Below, in pieces: positions 26,966-37,025 of a stretch of DNA of 64,000 bases. Made by a program: the position numbers and the translations under genes. Position 1 is the first letter of the stretch. Every line of letters starts with the position of its first letter. The stretch lies in the NCBI GenBank assembly GCA_021414205.1, contig JAIOOW010000003.1:48-64047 (forward strand). The letters are read 5' to 3'. The DNA comes from Candidatus Anderseniibacteriota bacterium. GTDB lineage: Bacteria; Patescibacteriota; Andersenbacteria; UBA10190. The notes under the pieces were generated by a model. It worked only from the letters and a program-made list of their open reading frames with translations. It did not search any database and was not told the DNA's origin.

Positions 26966-29674
26966 TTAACCTACGCTCTGAATATCGCCCCAACTCGGTC
27001 CAATTCCAACGTCCACGACAAGAGGGGCGTCGAGCACAACTACGCCTTCCATAATACGCTTCATATCTTGAGCAAACAGCCCCGCATCTTCTTTTCTAAT
27101 TTCACACACAAGCTCGTCGTGAACAGTAAGGACAATGGCGCTTTGCACATACTGTTTTTTCATATGGTCATACAGCATAATCATTGCCTTCTTTATAATG
27201 TCCGCCTCAGCACCCTGGATTGGGAAATTAAATGCTGCACGCTCCGCACCTGCCCGAATGGCCGGGTTATTGGAATGAATTTCAGGAATATATCGCTTGC
27301 GCCCGAACATCGTCTCAACAAACCCATTTGCACGAGCACCCTCCACAATGTTCTCAATGCATTGCACAATACCTGTATATTGATGCTGATACCGATCAAT
27401 AAATGAGCGTGCCTCTTCAACACTCACTCCCGCAGAACGCGCAAAACTTTGTGCGCCCATCCCATACAGCACGCCGAAATTCAGGGTCTTAGCCTGTCTA
27501 CGCATATGATCAGTCACCTCTTTAACAGGGACGGAAAACACCCAGGCAGCAGTAGACTTATGAATATCCTCCCCCGCCTTAAATGCGGAAATCAATTTTT
27601 CATCTTGCGATACGTGCGCAGCAATTCGTAATTCAAGTTGCGAATAATCTGCCTTCACCAGCACAAATCCCTCGCGAGCAACAAATGCATTGCGAATTTC
27701 CTGCCCAACCTCAGTCCTAATTGGAATATTCTGCAGATTCGGGTTCGTAGACGAAAGCCTGCCAGTTGCCGCTATTGTCTGATTAAAAGAGGCATATATC
27801 CTATTCGTCTTGCTATCTACAAGAGGCGGTAGAGCATCTAAATACGTGCTTTTCAGCTTGGATAACTCTCGATATTCAGATAAGAACGCAATAATAGGGT
27901 GCTTTCCTGCCAATTTCTCCAATTCATCCGCACCAGTGGAGTATCCCGATTGTGTCTTCTTAATTCCAACAGTTGGAAGGTTCAAGTTCACAAATAATAT
28001 TTCTCGTAATTGCTTCGGGGACCCGATATTAAAATGCACACCAGCAAGTGACCATATTTGTTGTTCAATTATATCTATTCGCTCAGAAACTTTTTTACTC
28101 AGCATCGTAAAGATTTTTTTATCAATTGCCACCCCGGTCATTTCCATATGAACTAACACATCCAACAACGGGAGCTCAATTTCTTGCAGCACGTCCAGTA
28201 ATTTTTCTTCAATGATTTTCGGCAAGAAAAAATCATACAGTCGAAGCGATACATCAGCATCTTCAGCCGCATATCGAGCAAGCTCCATGAGCGGAACTTC
28301 TTTCATGCTTTTCTGATTTTTTCCGGAGCCGATTAAATCAGTGATCGGAATTGGCGTGTAGTTTAAAAATTCTTCAGCCAAGTCGTCCATGCCAAAATTT
28401 CGAGATCCCGGACGAAGCAAATAGCTCGCAATCATAGTATCAAAAACGACACCCTTCATATGAATACCCGACTGGGCCAATACCTCCATATCGTACTTTA
28501 AATTGTGGCCTGTTTTCTGAATTGCTGAATCTTCAAAAAAATCCTTCCAAAGTAAAACGGAGGTCGAATCAGTCGGCACATACCACGCCTGAATACCAGA
28601 CTCGGCGTGACAGGCGAAGCTCATCCCAATGATCGGACTCATCCTACCACCCAATCCATCCGTTTCTGTATCAAATGCGATAATCTTTTTGCTTTTTAAC
28701 ACTTTTTGCAAATCCAACTGCTCTTCTCTCAATTGAGCTATAAAATATCCGTCCGGCAGAACAATCTTTTCCTCATTTTTCATACCGAGCGTAGGCTGAA
28801 ATCCATCTTGACTTTTCGGAAGACGGCTAATTAAACTTCGAAATCCAAGCTTCTGAAACTCCGACCGAACTTTCTTTTCGTCATACGTAATAAATAGCGC
28901 ATCTTCCAATTCGACCTCTATAGGAACTTGCTGATGAATAATAGCCAATTTTCGAGAAAACAATGCGTCTTTTTCATGGCCCACAATATACTTTTTTGCC
29001 CGAGATGGGAGCTCTTCCTCGTGATCAAAAATAGACTCGAGCGGTCCAAAATTACCAACTAAATCCTTCGCAGTCTTAACACCAATCCCGACAACGCCTG
29101 GAATATTATCCGATGGGTCGCCAGCCAATCCCTTATAGTCAGGGATATATTTGGGCTCAAATCCGTACTTCTCTTTTACCAATTCTGGGGTGTATAAAAT
29201 CGTATCTGAGATACCTTTCTTGAGTGTAAATACTGATGTTTTTTCTGAAACTAATTGGAGCGTATCCATATCCCCAGTAACTACCACAACAGGAATTCTA
29301 TCTTCCAGCTTCCTCACAAGAGTCCCAATAATATCGTCTGCCTCAAACCCTTTTTTCTCCAATATGGGAATAGAAAATGCGCGGACCACATCGCGCACGA
29401 TATCGAACTGAACAATTAAATCGTCATCTAGCTCTTTTCTATGCGCCTTATAATCCGCATATTCTTCGTGTCGAAACGTGGGCCCCTTCATATCAAACGC
29501 AGCAATAACATGAGTAGGCTTCAACGTGCTGATCATTTTCATAAGCATTGTTGTAAACCCATACACCGCGTTTGTAGGAATACCATCCTCAGAAGTCATG
29601 GGCGGCAAGGCGTGATATGCCCTATGAATAAGGGCGTGCGCATCTATAATTGCCAGTTTTTGCCGTTTTGCCAT
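26966..29674 (-). CDS. polA: DNA polymerase I.
   Basis: 902 aa. N-terminal 5'-3' exonuclease (IIDAHALIHRAYHAL, GIGVKTA), a middle 3'-5' exonuclease-like domain, and C-terminal family-A polymerase motifs (DYSQLELRIAAH, KTLNFGVLYGMG, VHDELV). Confidence 0.95.
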   Translation of the reverse strand: MAKRQKLAIIDAHALIHRAYHALPPMTSEDGIPTNAVYGFTTMLMKMISTLKPTHVIAAFDMKGPTFRHEEYADYKAHRKELDDDLIVQFDIVRDVVRAFSIPILEKKGFEADDIIGTLVRKLEDRIPVVVVTGDMDTLQLVSEKTSVFTLKKGISDTILYTPELVKEKYGFEPKYIPDYKGLAGDPSDNIPGVVGIGVKTAKDLVGNFGPLESIFDHEEELPSRAKKYIVGHEKDALFSRKLAIIHQQVPIEVELEDALFITYDEKKVRSEFQKLGFRSLISRLPKSQDGFQPTLGMKNEEKIVLPDGYFIAQLREEQLDLQKVLKSKKIIAFDTETDGLGGRMSPIIGMSFACHAESGIQAWYVPTDSTSVLLWKDFFEDSAIQKTGHNLKYDMEVLAQSGIHMKGVVFDTMIASYLLRPGSRNFGMDDLAEEFLNYTPIPITDLIGSGKNQKSMKEVPLMELARYAAEDADVSLRLYDFFLPKIIEEKLLDVLQEIELPLLDVLVHMEMTGVAIDKKIFTMLSKKVSERIDIIEQQIWSLAGVHFNIGSPKQLREILFVNLNLPTVGIKKTQSGYSTGADELEKLAGKHPIIAFLSEYRELSKLKSTYLDALPPLVDSKTNRIYASFNQTIAATGRLSSTNPNLQNIPIRTEVGQEIRNAFVAREGFVLVKADYSQLELRIAAHVSQDEKLISAFKAGEDIHKSTAAWVFSVPVKEVTDHMRRQAKTLNFGVLYGMGAQSFARSAGVSVEEARSFIDRYQHQYTGIVQCIENIVEGARANGFVETMFGRKRYIPEIHSNNPAIRAGAERAAFNFPIQGAEADIIKKAMIMLYDHMKKQYVQSAIVLTVHDELVCEIRKEDAGLFAQDMKRIMEGVVVLDAPLVVDVGIGPSWGDIQSVG

Positions 29675-29678
29675 ATAT

Positions 29679-30134
29679 TTATTCTACTCTACTTACTACA
29701 ACAATTCGCCCGCTATTATCGATACTAGTAATGGAAATATTCCAATGCGGCTGCAAAATTTCGCTACCCAGCTTTTCCGGCCATTCAATAAGAACGACTG
29801 CTTTTTGATCTTCCGCAGTTCGCAGTATTTCATGAACATAATTAGTGTCCATTGATTCTCGGTATGCATCGATATGAATAAGCTTTTTAATTCCCCGAGA
29901 AATATCGGATATGTCGTACTCGGCCATGATTGTATACGTAGGAGAAGTTACAGGATCTAATATTCCCAAAGCCTGCGCAACGAACTGCACAAATGTCGTC
30001 TTGCCGGCGCCTAAATCGCCTTGTAAGCACACAATATCGCCTATGCGAAATTGCTCGGTAACGAGCGTAGCTAGCAACTCAAGCTCCTGCAGGCTGGATA
30101 TAGTATGGGTTCCAAGTAATTTTTTATCACTCAT
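29679..30134 (-). CDS. tsaE: tRNA threonylcarbamoyladenosine biosynthesis protein TsaE.
   Basis: 151 aa with a P-loop (GDLGAGKTTFVQ) and the YjeE/TsaE family pattern. Confidence 0.82.
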   Translation of the reverse strand: MSDKKLLGTHTISSLQELELLATLVTEQFRIGDIVCLQGDLGAGKTTFVQFVAQALGILDPVTSPTYTIMAEYDISDISRGIKKLIHIDAYRESMDTNYVHEILRTAEDQKAVVLIEWPEKLGSEILQPHWNISITSIDNSGRIVVVSRVE

Positions 30135-30231
30135 ACGACTATCCTATCTGAATTTTTTGAAAATACATATATTTTCCACATATGCACAGTTCCTTTTATT
30201 TATAAGCCGAGATACGATAATACGATTTCCT

Positions 30232-31383
30232 ATGAGTATCCCTGAAACCCAACAAGCGCTATCCGTGATTACACGAGCGAACAATATTGCATTGTTTGTA
30301 CCGGAGAAGCCTTCTATTGACGCTTTTTCATCCATGATGGCTCTATCCCTTGCGCTGTCTGCTCAAACTAAAAAGACTATATATAGCATTAGCCCTGTGC
30401 ATGTTCCAAATGAGCTACAGTTCTTACCAGGGTCGTCCCAAGTAGAAATGAAACCACGCCTACAACCAACCCTTGTTATAGATATTGCAGGAATTTCAAC
30501 TATCGCCAATATTGAACAAGTCTCAACGAAGGACGGCATAAAAATCCACCTGGAACTCCCCGCGAATACAGACATGAGCGCCGACATGGTTGAAACGCAC
30601 GTACGCCAACTTCCGTATGACTGTGCAATCTTGTTCGGTGCCTCGGACCTGGCTGATCTAGGGCCAATGTTTACAGATTTTGCAGACTTCTTCTACAACA
30701 TCCCAGTTATCAATATTGACCACAAACCCACGAATGAGTATTTCGGCACTATTAATATGGTTGATATTACGGCTTCTTCTATTGCAGAAATTACTCACGA
30801 GCTCATAACAGCCCTTTCCCCCGAAGCTGTCACCCAAGACGTCGCCACGGCATTATATGCGGGCATTGTTGGAGCAACAGAGTCATTCCAAAAACCTTCA
30901 ACTACGCCAAAGGCGTTTCAACTATCAGCAGAATTAATGACCAAGCAGGCGCAAACAGACGTTGTTATTCAGCATCTGGTGAAAACAAAGCCATTGTCAT
31001 TATTAAAGATTGCGGGACGCACATATGCTCGACTTCGACATGATGAGCACGGACATCTGTTCTGGAGTATTTTACGCGAACTGGATTTTCAGGAAAGTCA
31101 TGCAACAGAAGCTGATATCCCGCTTATTATGCACGAATTAACCAATAATATTTCCGGGTATAACGCGGCCTTCATCCTGCATGAAAATGAGAATAAAGAG
31201 CACGTGATATACATAACGCTTGGCAAAGGACTGGCAAAAAAACGACAAGAAATTCAAGAGCAACTTTCCGCAAAGAAACAAAACGGTATGCTAGTGGTCA
31301 CGCTTCCGCCGTCATCACTAGAAGATGCCGAGCTTTTAGCTGTACAAAAAATCAGGCAAATACTTCCGCAATTTCACTCCTGA
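30232..31383 (+). CDS. DHH/DHHA1-family NrnA-like phosphoesterase homolog with degenerate catalytic motifs.
   Basis: The architecture aligns to NrnA. Motif I reads PEKPSIDAFSS instead of H..PDGDA.GS, and motif III reads INIDHKP instead of IDHH. A DHHA1-like C-terminus is present. The start is taken at the internal ATG at 30232, because the ORF's 5' extension overlaps tsaE. Confidence 0.55.
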   Translation: MSIPETQQALSVITRANNIALFVPEKPSIDAFSSMMALSLALSAQTKKTIYSISPVHVPNELQFLPGSSQVEMKPRLQPTLVIDIAGISTIANIEQVSTKDGIKIHLELPANTDMSADMVETHVRQLPYDCAILFGASDLADLGPMFTDFADFFYNIPVINIDHKPTNEYFGTINMVDITASSIAEITHELITALSPEAVTQDVATALYAGIVGATESFQKPSTTPKAFQLSAELMTKQAQTDVVIQHLVKTKPLSLLKIAGRTYARLRHDEHGHLFWSILRELDFQESHATEADIPLIMHELTNNISGYNAAFILHENENKEHVIYITLGKGLAKKRQEIQEQLSAKKQNGMLVVTLPPSSLEDAELLAVQKIRQILPQFHS

Positions 31384-33056
31384 GATACGCGCTCCACTTC
31401 ATCGATAGTGGTTTTCTTATCAATTACTTTCAAATACGCATCCTGGGCAATAGTCGTCATCCCCGCTTGCAATGCAACTTTTTGAATATCGGCACTGCTC
31501 ACTCCCTCCAAAATTAACTTCTTCATTTCTTGATCTACGGCAAAAATTTCAAATGCGCCCAATCGACCGTGATACCCTGTATTGCCGCACACTTGGCATC
31601 CAACTGCCCGCATAAACCGCAACGCCGGATCATCAAGTACGACTGGATCAAAAATATCTTTTCGTATGTTCTTCATTGATTCCTTTACCTTATTTCTCAG
31701 CGCTACATCAGGATCATACTCCTGGGCGCACGAGGTGCACACCACGCGAACCAACCTCTGCGCAATAACAAGATTAAGAGCCGGAGCAAGCACATACGGC
31801 TTGATACCCATATCAATAAGGCGAGGAATAGCTCCTGCGGCATCATTTGTGTGGAGAGTAGAGAACACCAAGTGACCAGTAAGCGCTGCATGCACGGCTG
31901 TTTCTGCAGTTTCCACGTCACGCATTTCACCCACCATGATGACATCCGGATCTTGACGCAAAATACTGCGCAATCCCGCCGCGAACGTATACCCAGCGTC
32001 TGGATCCACCTGCGTTTGCTCAATACCCGGAATGCGATATTCAATAGGATCTTCTAATGTAATAATCTTCGACCCCGTAACGTTCACATCTCGCAAAAAC
32101 GAAGCCAGTGTTGTTGTTTTACCAGATCCGGTTGGTCCTGTGATCAATATCATGCCGTTTACCCTCTTAAGCTCTGCATTCACCACATCCAAGTCCCTGT
32201 TTTTCATACCAAGCTCTTTCATCGCAACTGCTTCAGCGTCTCTATTCAATAAACGAATTACAATGTTTTCCCCGTATCCGCCAGGCAACGTCGAAAGACG
32301 CATATCGTACGTTTCCTCTCCAATACGAAGCACGAAGCTTCCGTCTTGCGGCGCATCGTGGATATTCAGTTTTAATCTCGCCATTACTTTCACGCGAGAT
32401 AGCACAAGCGACCATCCGTCCCGCTCAAATTCAACGATATCCTGCAATACGCCGTCAATACGAAACCGGAGGCGCGCACTCTTTTCCTTTGGTTCTATGT
32501 GAATGTCCGACGCCCGCAACCTTACTGCGCTTATAGCAATTGCGGTGAGAATTTCAGTAGGAGGCATGGTAGTGATTCGCTTCCCCAGCTCTTCCAAGTT
32601 CTTTAATTCGGTCGCAAACGTATCTGCCTCTTTTTGGCCAATTTTTAATTCATCTTGCGGAACATCCTCGAGAGCGGCGTCTCTTCGGTATCGAGCAATA
32701 CCGGCAAGCAAGCTTCGCTTTGAAATAACATACATGTGCGGATCATATCCAAGATCTTCCTTTATTTTCGCAACCAAACTAATCGTTGCAGGAGCAGTGG
32801 GGTTAACTGCCCCAATGCGAATATCCCCTCCCTGTTTATAAAATAGCAACGCCTCAGCAGTCATCGCATCCTGTTTTGACACTCTCTCCAAAACATCGGA
32901 ATCAATAGGAAATACTACGAGATTAATATACGGAATCCCCAATTGCTCAGAACGGTGCTGCGCCAATCGCTCCTCTTGCCCCTGAGAAAACGTGACGAGT
33001 TTTGCGCCCAACTCTTTGTGGCGCTCAGATTCAGATACTGCCGGATCAAATACCAT
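31374..33056 (-). CDS. pilB: Type II/IV secretion-system ATPase, PilB/GspE family (type IV pilus assembly ATPase).
   Basis: Walker A LITGPTGSGKTTTL, Asp/His boxes and a tetracysteine C-terminus (CTSC...CQVCGNTG). The N-terminal domain is GspE_N-like. Confidence 0.85.
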   Translation of the reverse strand: MVFDPAVSESERHKELGAKLVTFSQGQEERLAQHRSEQLGIPYINLVVFPIDSDVLERVSKQDAMTAEALLFYKQGGDIRIGAVNPTAPATISLVAKIKEDLGYDPHMYVISKRSLLAGIARYRRDAALEDVPQDELKIGQKEADTFATELKNLEELGKRITTMPPTEILTAIAISAVRLRASDIHIEPKEKSARLRFRIDGVLQDIVEFERDGWSLVLSRVKVMARLKLNIHDAPQDGSFVLRIGEETYDMRLSTLPGGYGENIVIRLLNRDAEAVAMKELGMKNRDLDVVNAELKRVNGMILITGPTGSGKTTTLASFLRDVNVTGSKIITLEDPIEYRIPGIEQTQVDPDAGYTFAAGLRSILRQDPDVIMVGEMRDVETAETAVHAALTGHLVFSTLHTNDAAGAIPRLIDMGIKPYVLAPALNLVIAQRLVRVVCTSCAQEYDPDVALRNKVKESMKNIRKDIFDPVVLDDPALRFMRAVGCQVCGNTGYHGRLGAFEIFAVDQEMKKLILEGVSSADIQKVALQAGMTTIAQDAYLKVIDKKTTIDEVERVSQE

Positions 33057-33080
33057 GCAGGTAAGTATATAACACTTTAT

Positions 33081-34130
33081 TTATGCAAGATACGAGGAAA
33101 ATATTTTTCTCATCTCGGCATCATCATGAACCAGCACAGGACGAGGGACGCTATCACTCGCTTCTTGTTTTGCTTCAAGGAGACGAACAACATTATCTTG
33201 GATCAATTCATATGCGTGCCTATCGTCAATAAAATCCACCCAACTCTGCCCCTCAACAAGAGATATTGGCGCTCTCCCGGAATTTGCAATAACGGTATCC
33301 ACAGGTCTGCCGATATAGGATTCATATACCCGCACGAAATCTTCCCCTGACCAACCCACTGTATGCAGCGGAGTCGTAAGAAGCGTCATCACAACGCAAA
33401 TCTCCGCCTTACTATCGCGAAGCGCGGAAGAGCCTCCTATCGCAAGCGATGCTAACGTAGGCAAAATGGATCCAAACGTATGGCCAGGAGCAATAATAAT
33501 ATGCGTCGCATTATCAAGCGCTTTCTTTGCCCGAGGATTCAGCTCAGCATTTTTTTCAGCAAACGTAACCTTGATATCCCCAGGTTTCCAAGTTGGATCT
33601 GCCTGTGCATCCACATTCCAGGATATAAAATGCTGCCCACTTCCTAATAACTTTTCCTGACCATCTTTTTGCAATACCACCTGTTGAGTTAACGCTTCGA
33701 GTGTTGTTGGAATAACTCCGGCAAATTTTGGAACCTGCAATACTCGAGCAAATGTTGCGATTGCCGCGTCAAGATCACTCGTAAGCTCAAGCGCAGTTAA
33801 TAGAACGTTTCGAAGCGTATGCCCAGAAAAGTCACCATTTGCGAATCTGTATTCAAGAGCTTTTAAAAACTTATCCCCACGAACATCACCGCGAAGAGAG
33901 CTGAGAGCGAGCAAACATTTCGTAACATCCCCCATAGCGCCAACATCGTATTGTTCACGGAGCCTCCCCGTCGAACCACCGTCATCCGCCATATGAATAA
34001 GCGCGTGGAGCGATGCTATCGATCCATGTTCTAACAATGGAAGAAGTGCTGTAAGCAGTCGAGAAGTGCCGTTTCCCCCGCCCAACACAACGACTCGCTT
34101 TCCCTTTTTATTACTCAGAGCAAATGCCAT
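33081..34130 (-). CDS. YvcK/CofD-like (UPF0052, gluconeogenesis factor) family protein.
   Basis: N-terminal RVVVLGGGNGTSRLLTAL is the YvcK/CofD signature. Confidence 0.78.
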   Translation of the reverse strand: MAFALSNKKGKRVVVLGGGNGTSRLLTALLPLLEHGSIASLHALIHMADDGGSTGRLREQYDVGAMGDVTKCLLALSSLRGDVRGDKFLKALEYRFANGDFSGHTLRNVLLTALELTSDLDAAIATFARVLQVPKFAGVIPTTLEALTQQVVLQKDGQEKLLGSGQHFISWNVDAQADPTWKPGDIKVTFAEKNAELNPRAKKALDNATHIIIAPGHTFGSILPTLASLAIGGSSALRDSKAEICVVMTLLTTPLHTVGWSGEDFVRVYESYIGRPVDTVIANSGRAPISLVEGQSWVDFIDDRHAYELIQDNVVRLLEAKQEASDSVPRPVLVHDDAEMRKIFSSYLA

Positions 34131-34133
34131 AGA

Positions 34134-35843
34134 TCAATTAAACCAGATTTTCTCCTTTCGCGATATGCCAGATATAAGCTGCCAACCTGCGCAAAGTATT
34201 CCGAAAGCCATGAAAACCACTTGTTTCTGTTTATTTGGATTTGGAATATTACTATTACCATATACGGTCCGAACAACATTATGGGATACCAACCCCGGCC
34301 AATCAGGAGGAGGTGTCGGCTGACTCACCATAGTCACAGCACCGGCAACCCTTGGCTGTGACGCTGGGACCTTTTTACCCCTTACTTGCTTCGGTGTCGG
34401 CAATACTTCTTCATGAACACATATTATGTTCTCTTTCCCAGGTGTCACAATATCGGTCCATTGATACAAACCATCATCAGTCCTACTTAGCGACTGGCCG
34501 GCATATGTTTTTTCGTATGCAAGAATCGCAACGACTTTTCCTTGAGGGTCAATAAGCCTTGCACTGTCATCGCTATTATTTAATGCAATTTTTGTACTAT
34601 TTTTATCAAGAACAATAATCTTTGTTGGACCAATTTTATCACCGAACTTAAAGCGGTATGGCTTACTTCCACCATCCTCGTCATCAACAGTCCAACCAAC
34701 TAAAGACACTACTCGATTATCAAGGTTTTTTATCTCTATAAACTCATTATTTTTATCATCTTTTATAGTATTTGGGTAAAGCTCGTTAATAACGATTTTT
34801 GATGAGAAATCATATGTAGTAGAGGTGGTAGTCGGCTTCGGCGTTGCCAGTGGTTTTGGGGTTGAGGTGGTAGTCGGATTTGGAACCTCGATAATGTTTT
34901 CCTCGCCAGGAGTAGGACGCTCGCTTTGTTGAAAATCGCCATCGTCCACATGATTATACGAATACCCCTCCTTACTACTAACGTATGTAATATCCTCTCG
35001 CACAATATCATCCGAACTGATCAATCTCACATGTTCACTATCATTGTTCAAAGATAATTTTGTCTGACTGCTATAAAAAACTATGTACCCTTTTGTGGGA
35101 ATGCTTGTATCGTCAGGTATTATAAACGGCGGACTTCCCCCATCGGCAATATCATCTAATTTCCATCCCGATATATCTACAGCGTCAGCAGAATCATTAT
35201 ATAACTCGATAAACTCCAGCGTCGCGTCATCGCCTGCGGGATTTGGAATAAATTCGTTGATATGAGCATGCTCCGAATATTCCACAACTGGCGATGAACT
35301 TGGGCTCGTACTAGGAGATGGAATTGTCGTCGGGGTAGGGCTGGGCGTAGGCGTAGGGTCCAGTATGTTTAAAGCGTTTGGAGTTGGAGTAGAACTCTTA
35401 CTATACGTACCGTCATCAAGCCTATTATATGAATAGCCTGAGGTGCTTCCATTATATGAAGCCGTTTCATGTATCGTCGCGCCTGGATCTATAAGAGAGA
35501 TACTTCTCTCTCCCGTGTTTGCCAACATACTTCCTGTTTGCGAGCTATAAAATGCCATGTATCCATCAGCATCAATATGCACACCACTTGATATAATAAG
35601 CACCTTCCCAGACGCGTTTTTTAAAACCCAACCAGACAGATCAATAGAATTATTGGAATTGTTATGCAATTCGATAAACTCCAACGTATCATCATCTCCC
35701 ACTGGATCTGGAAGAAATTCATTTATATGAACTTCATTTGAATACGTGGGAATTTGAGCCCGTGCGCTCAAAAAAGCCCCCGCAAAGCATGCTACGGAAA
35801 AGAGGGTAATGAGTCTACCTCGCCATGTGAGCTCTCCCAGCAT
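34134..35843 (-). CDS. Secreted protein with three lamin-tail-domain (LTD) repeats.
   Basis: Signal peptide, then three modules each starting I/VNEF(L/I)PxPxGDDxTLEFIEL(H/Y)N and separated by Pro/Thr/Ser-rich linkers. Confidence 0.6.
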   Translation of the reverse strand: MLGELTWRGRLITLFSVACFAGAFLSARAQIPTYSNEVHINEFLPDPVGDDDTLEFIELHNNSNNSIDLSGWVLKNASGKVLIISSGVHIDADGYMAFYSSQTGSMLANTGERSISLIDPGATIHETASYNGSTSGYSYNRLDDGTYSKSSTPTPNALNILDPTPTPSPTPTTIPSPSTSPSSSPVVEYSEHAHINEFIPNPAGDDATLEFIELYNDSADAVDISGWKLDDIADGGSPPFIIPDDTSIPTKGYIVFYSSQTKLSLNNDSEHVRLISSDDIVREDITYVSSKEGYSYNHVDDGDFQQSERPTPGEENIIEVPNPTTTSTPKPLATPKPTTTSTTYDFSSKIVINELYPNTIKDDKNNEFIEIKNLDNRVVSLVGWTVDDEDGGSKPYRFKFGDKIGPTKIIVLDKNSTKIALNNSDDSARLIDPQGKVVAILAYEKTYAGQSLSRTDDGLYQWTDIVTPGKENIICVHEEVLPTPKQVRGKKVPASQPRVAGAVTMVSQPTPPPDWPGLVSHNVVRTVYGNSNIPNPNKQKQVVFMAFGILCAGWQLISGISRKEKIWFN

Positions 35844-36834
35844 CAGTCACTTCTCGCCCCCTTGGCGTACGCACAAGAAATCCGCATTGTACTAAAAATG
35901 GCTCTATAACGTCCTCAATAGTCCGCTCTTCTTCTGAACACACCATTGCCAGCGTCTGCAAACCAACGGGACCGCCATTAAATTTTTCAATAATTGTAGA
36001 TAACACCATTTGGTCAGACATATCCAATCCCATTTCATCGATATGCAAAAGTTCGAGTGTCTGAGCGACTACGTCACTTGTTACAACTCCGTGCCCGCCA
36101 ACCTGCGCAACATCCCGAACGCGTTTTAATAGCCTGTTCCCAATACGAGGAGTCCTTCTGCATCTGCGAGCAATCTCAAACAGAGCATCTTCCTCTATCT
36201 TTAACCCCAGCAATTGTGCGGAACGAGCCAAAATCACCTTCATTTCATCAACATCATAAAAATCCAAGCGATACGTCATACCAAATCGATCGCGAAGCGG
36301 AGCCCCTAGCATCCCAACCCGCGTAGTAGCTCCTACGAGCGTAAATTGAGGCAAGTCGATACGAAGCGTTTTTGCGCCCGGCCCTTGCCCAACAACCAAG
36401 TCAAGCGCGAAGCTTTCCATTGCCGGATACAAAACTTCCTCTATAGAGCGGTTCAATCGATGAATTTCATCAATAAACAACACATCACCCTCTTGAAGAT
36501 TCGTTAAAATAGCGGCGAGATCTGCCACTTTCGTAAGAACAGGGCCTGCTGTTATGCGAATACTTGCAGAAAGCTCTCGGGCGATAATCATCGCAATACT
36601 CGTCTTGCCTAGTCCCGGAGGGCCTGCTAATAATACATGCTCTAACGCCTCGCCTCGCTGCTTCGCCGCTTGCAAAAAGACCTGCAAGCTCTTCTTCAAA
36701 TGCTCCTGTCCGGTAAAGTCGCTTAACATCTTTGGGCGAAGCGTTGCATCCAAGTTTTCATCCTCAGGAATACTGACTGCCGTTACAACGCTGGTCTGTG
36801 CCTCTTCAATAGCCATACATCCTAGTGTACCCAT
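35815..36834 (-). CDS. ruvB: Holliday junction branch-migration helicase RuvB.
   Basis: LRPKMLSDFTGQEHLKKSL, Walker A LLAGPPGLGKTSIA, DEIHRL, a sensor and a winged-helix C-terminus are textbook RuvB. Confidence 0.9.
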   Translation of the reverse strand: MGTLGCMAIEEAQTSVVTAVSIPEDENLDATLRPKMLSDFTGQEHLKKSLQVFLQAAKQRGEALEHVLLAGPPGLGKTSIAMIIARELSASIRITAGPVLTKVADLAAILTNLQEGDVLFIDEIHRLNRSIEEVLYPAMESFALDLVVGQGPGAKTLRIDLPQFTLVGATTRVGMLGAPLRDRFGMTYRLDFYDVDEMKVILARSAQLLGLKIEEDALFEIARRCRRTPRIGNRLLKRVRDVAQVGGHGVVTSDVVAQTLELLHIDEMGLDMSDQMVLSTIIEKFNGGPVGLQTLAMVCSEEERTIEDVIEPFLVQCGFLVRTPRGREVTDAGRAHMAR

Positions 36835-36881
36835 GTTGCATTTTTTCTGCCAATACCATATAGTAGCTAGTTATCTTCATA

Positions 36882-36995
36882 GGTAACTGTAGACATTGCT
36901 TTTGTGGGGTTTGAGCCCAGATCGGATTGCGTGGTTCCGCCTTGGCGTGACGACGCATCTCCTCGGCACCTATCCTTCTCATGTCTACAGCTACC
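36882..36995. other. Long-range inverted repeat enclosing an 84-nt GC-rich segment (candidate structured RNA or operator).
   Basis: GGTAACTGTAGACAT (36882-36896) and ATGTCTACAGCTACC (36981-36995) form a 14/15 complementary pair flanking tgcttttgtggggtttgagcccagatcggattgcgtggttccgccttggcgtgacgacgcatctcctcggcacc... It lies in the ruvB / 37026 divergent intergenic region. Confidence 0.25.
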
Positions 36996-37025
36996 TACGC
37001 GGAAAACATGGTATTCTAGCACCAT

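Noticed and set aside
29911-30231. N-terminal 107-codon extension of the DHH-family ORF (track ORF 29911..31383).
   Set aside because: The extension overlaps the convergent, well-supported tsaE gene (29679..30134) on the opposite strand. The internal ATG at 30232 gives a protein that aligns from the NrnA N-terminus.
36835-37025. Possible tRNA or SRP/6S RNA gene in the ruvB upstream intergenic region.
   Set aside because: No cloverleaf could be built. There is no GTTCRANYC T-loop with matching 5-bp T-stem and 7-bp acceptor, and the SRP domain-IV motif (GGAAGGAAGCAGCC) is absent. It is retained only as an inverted-repeat structured element.
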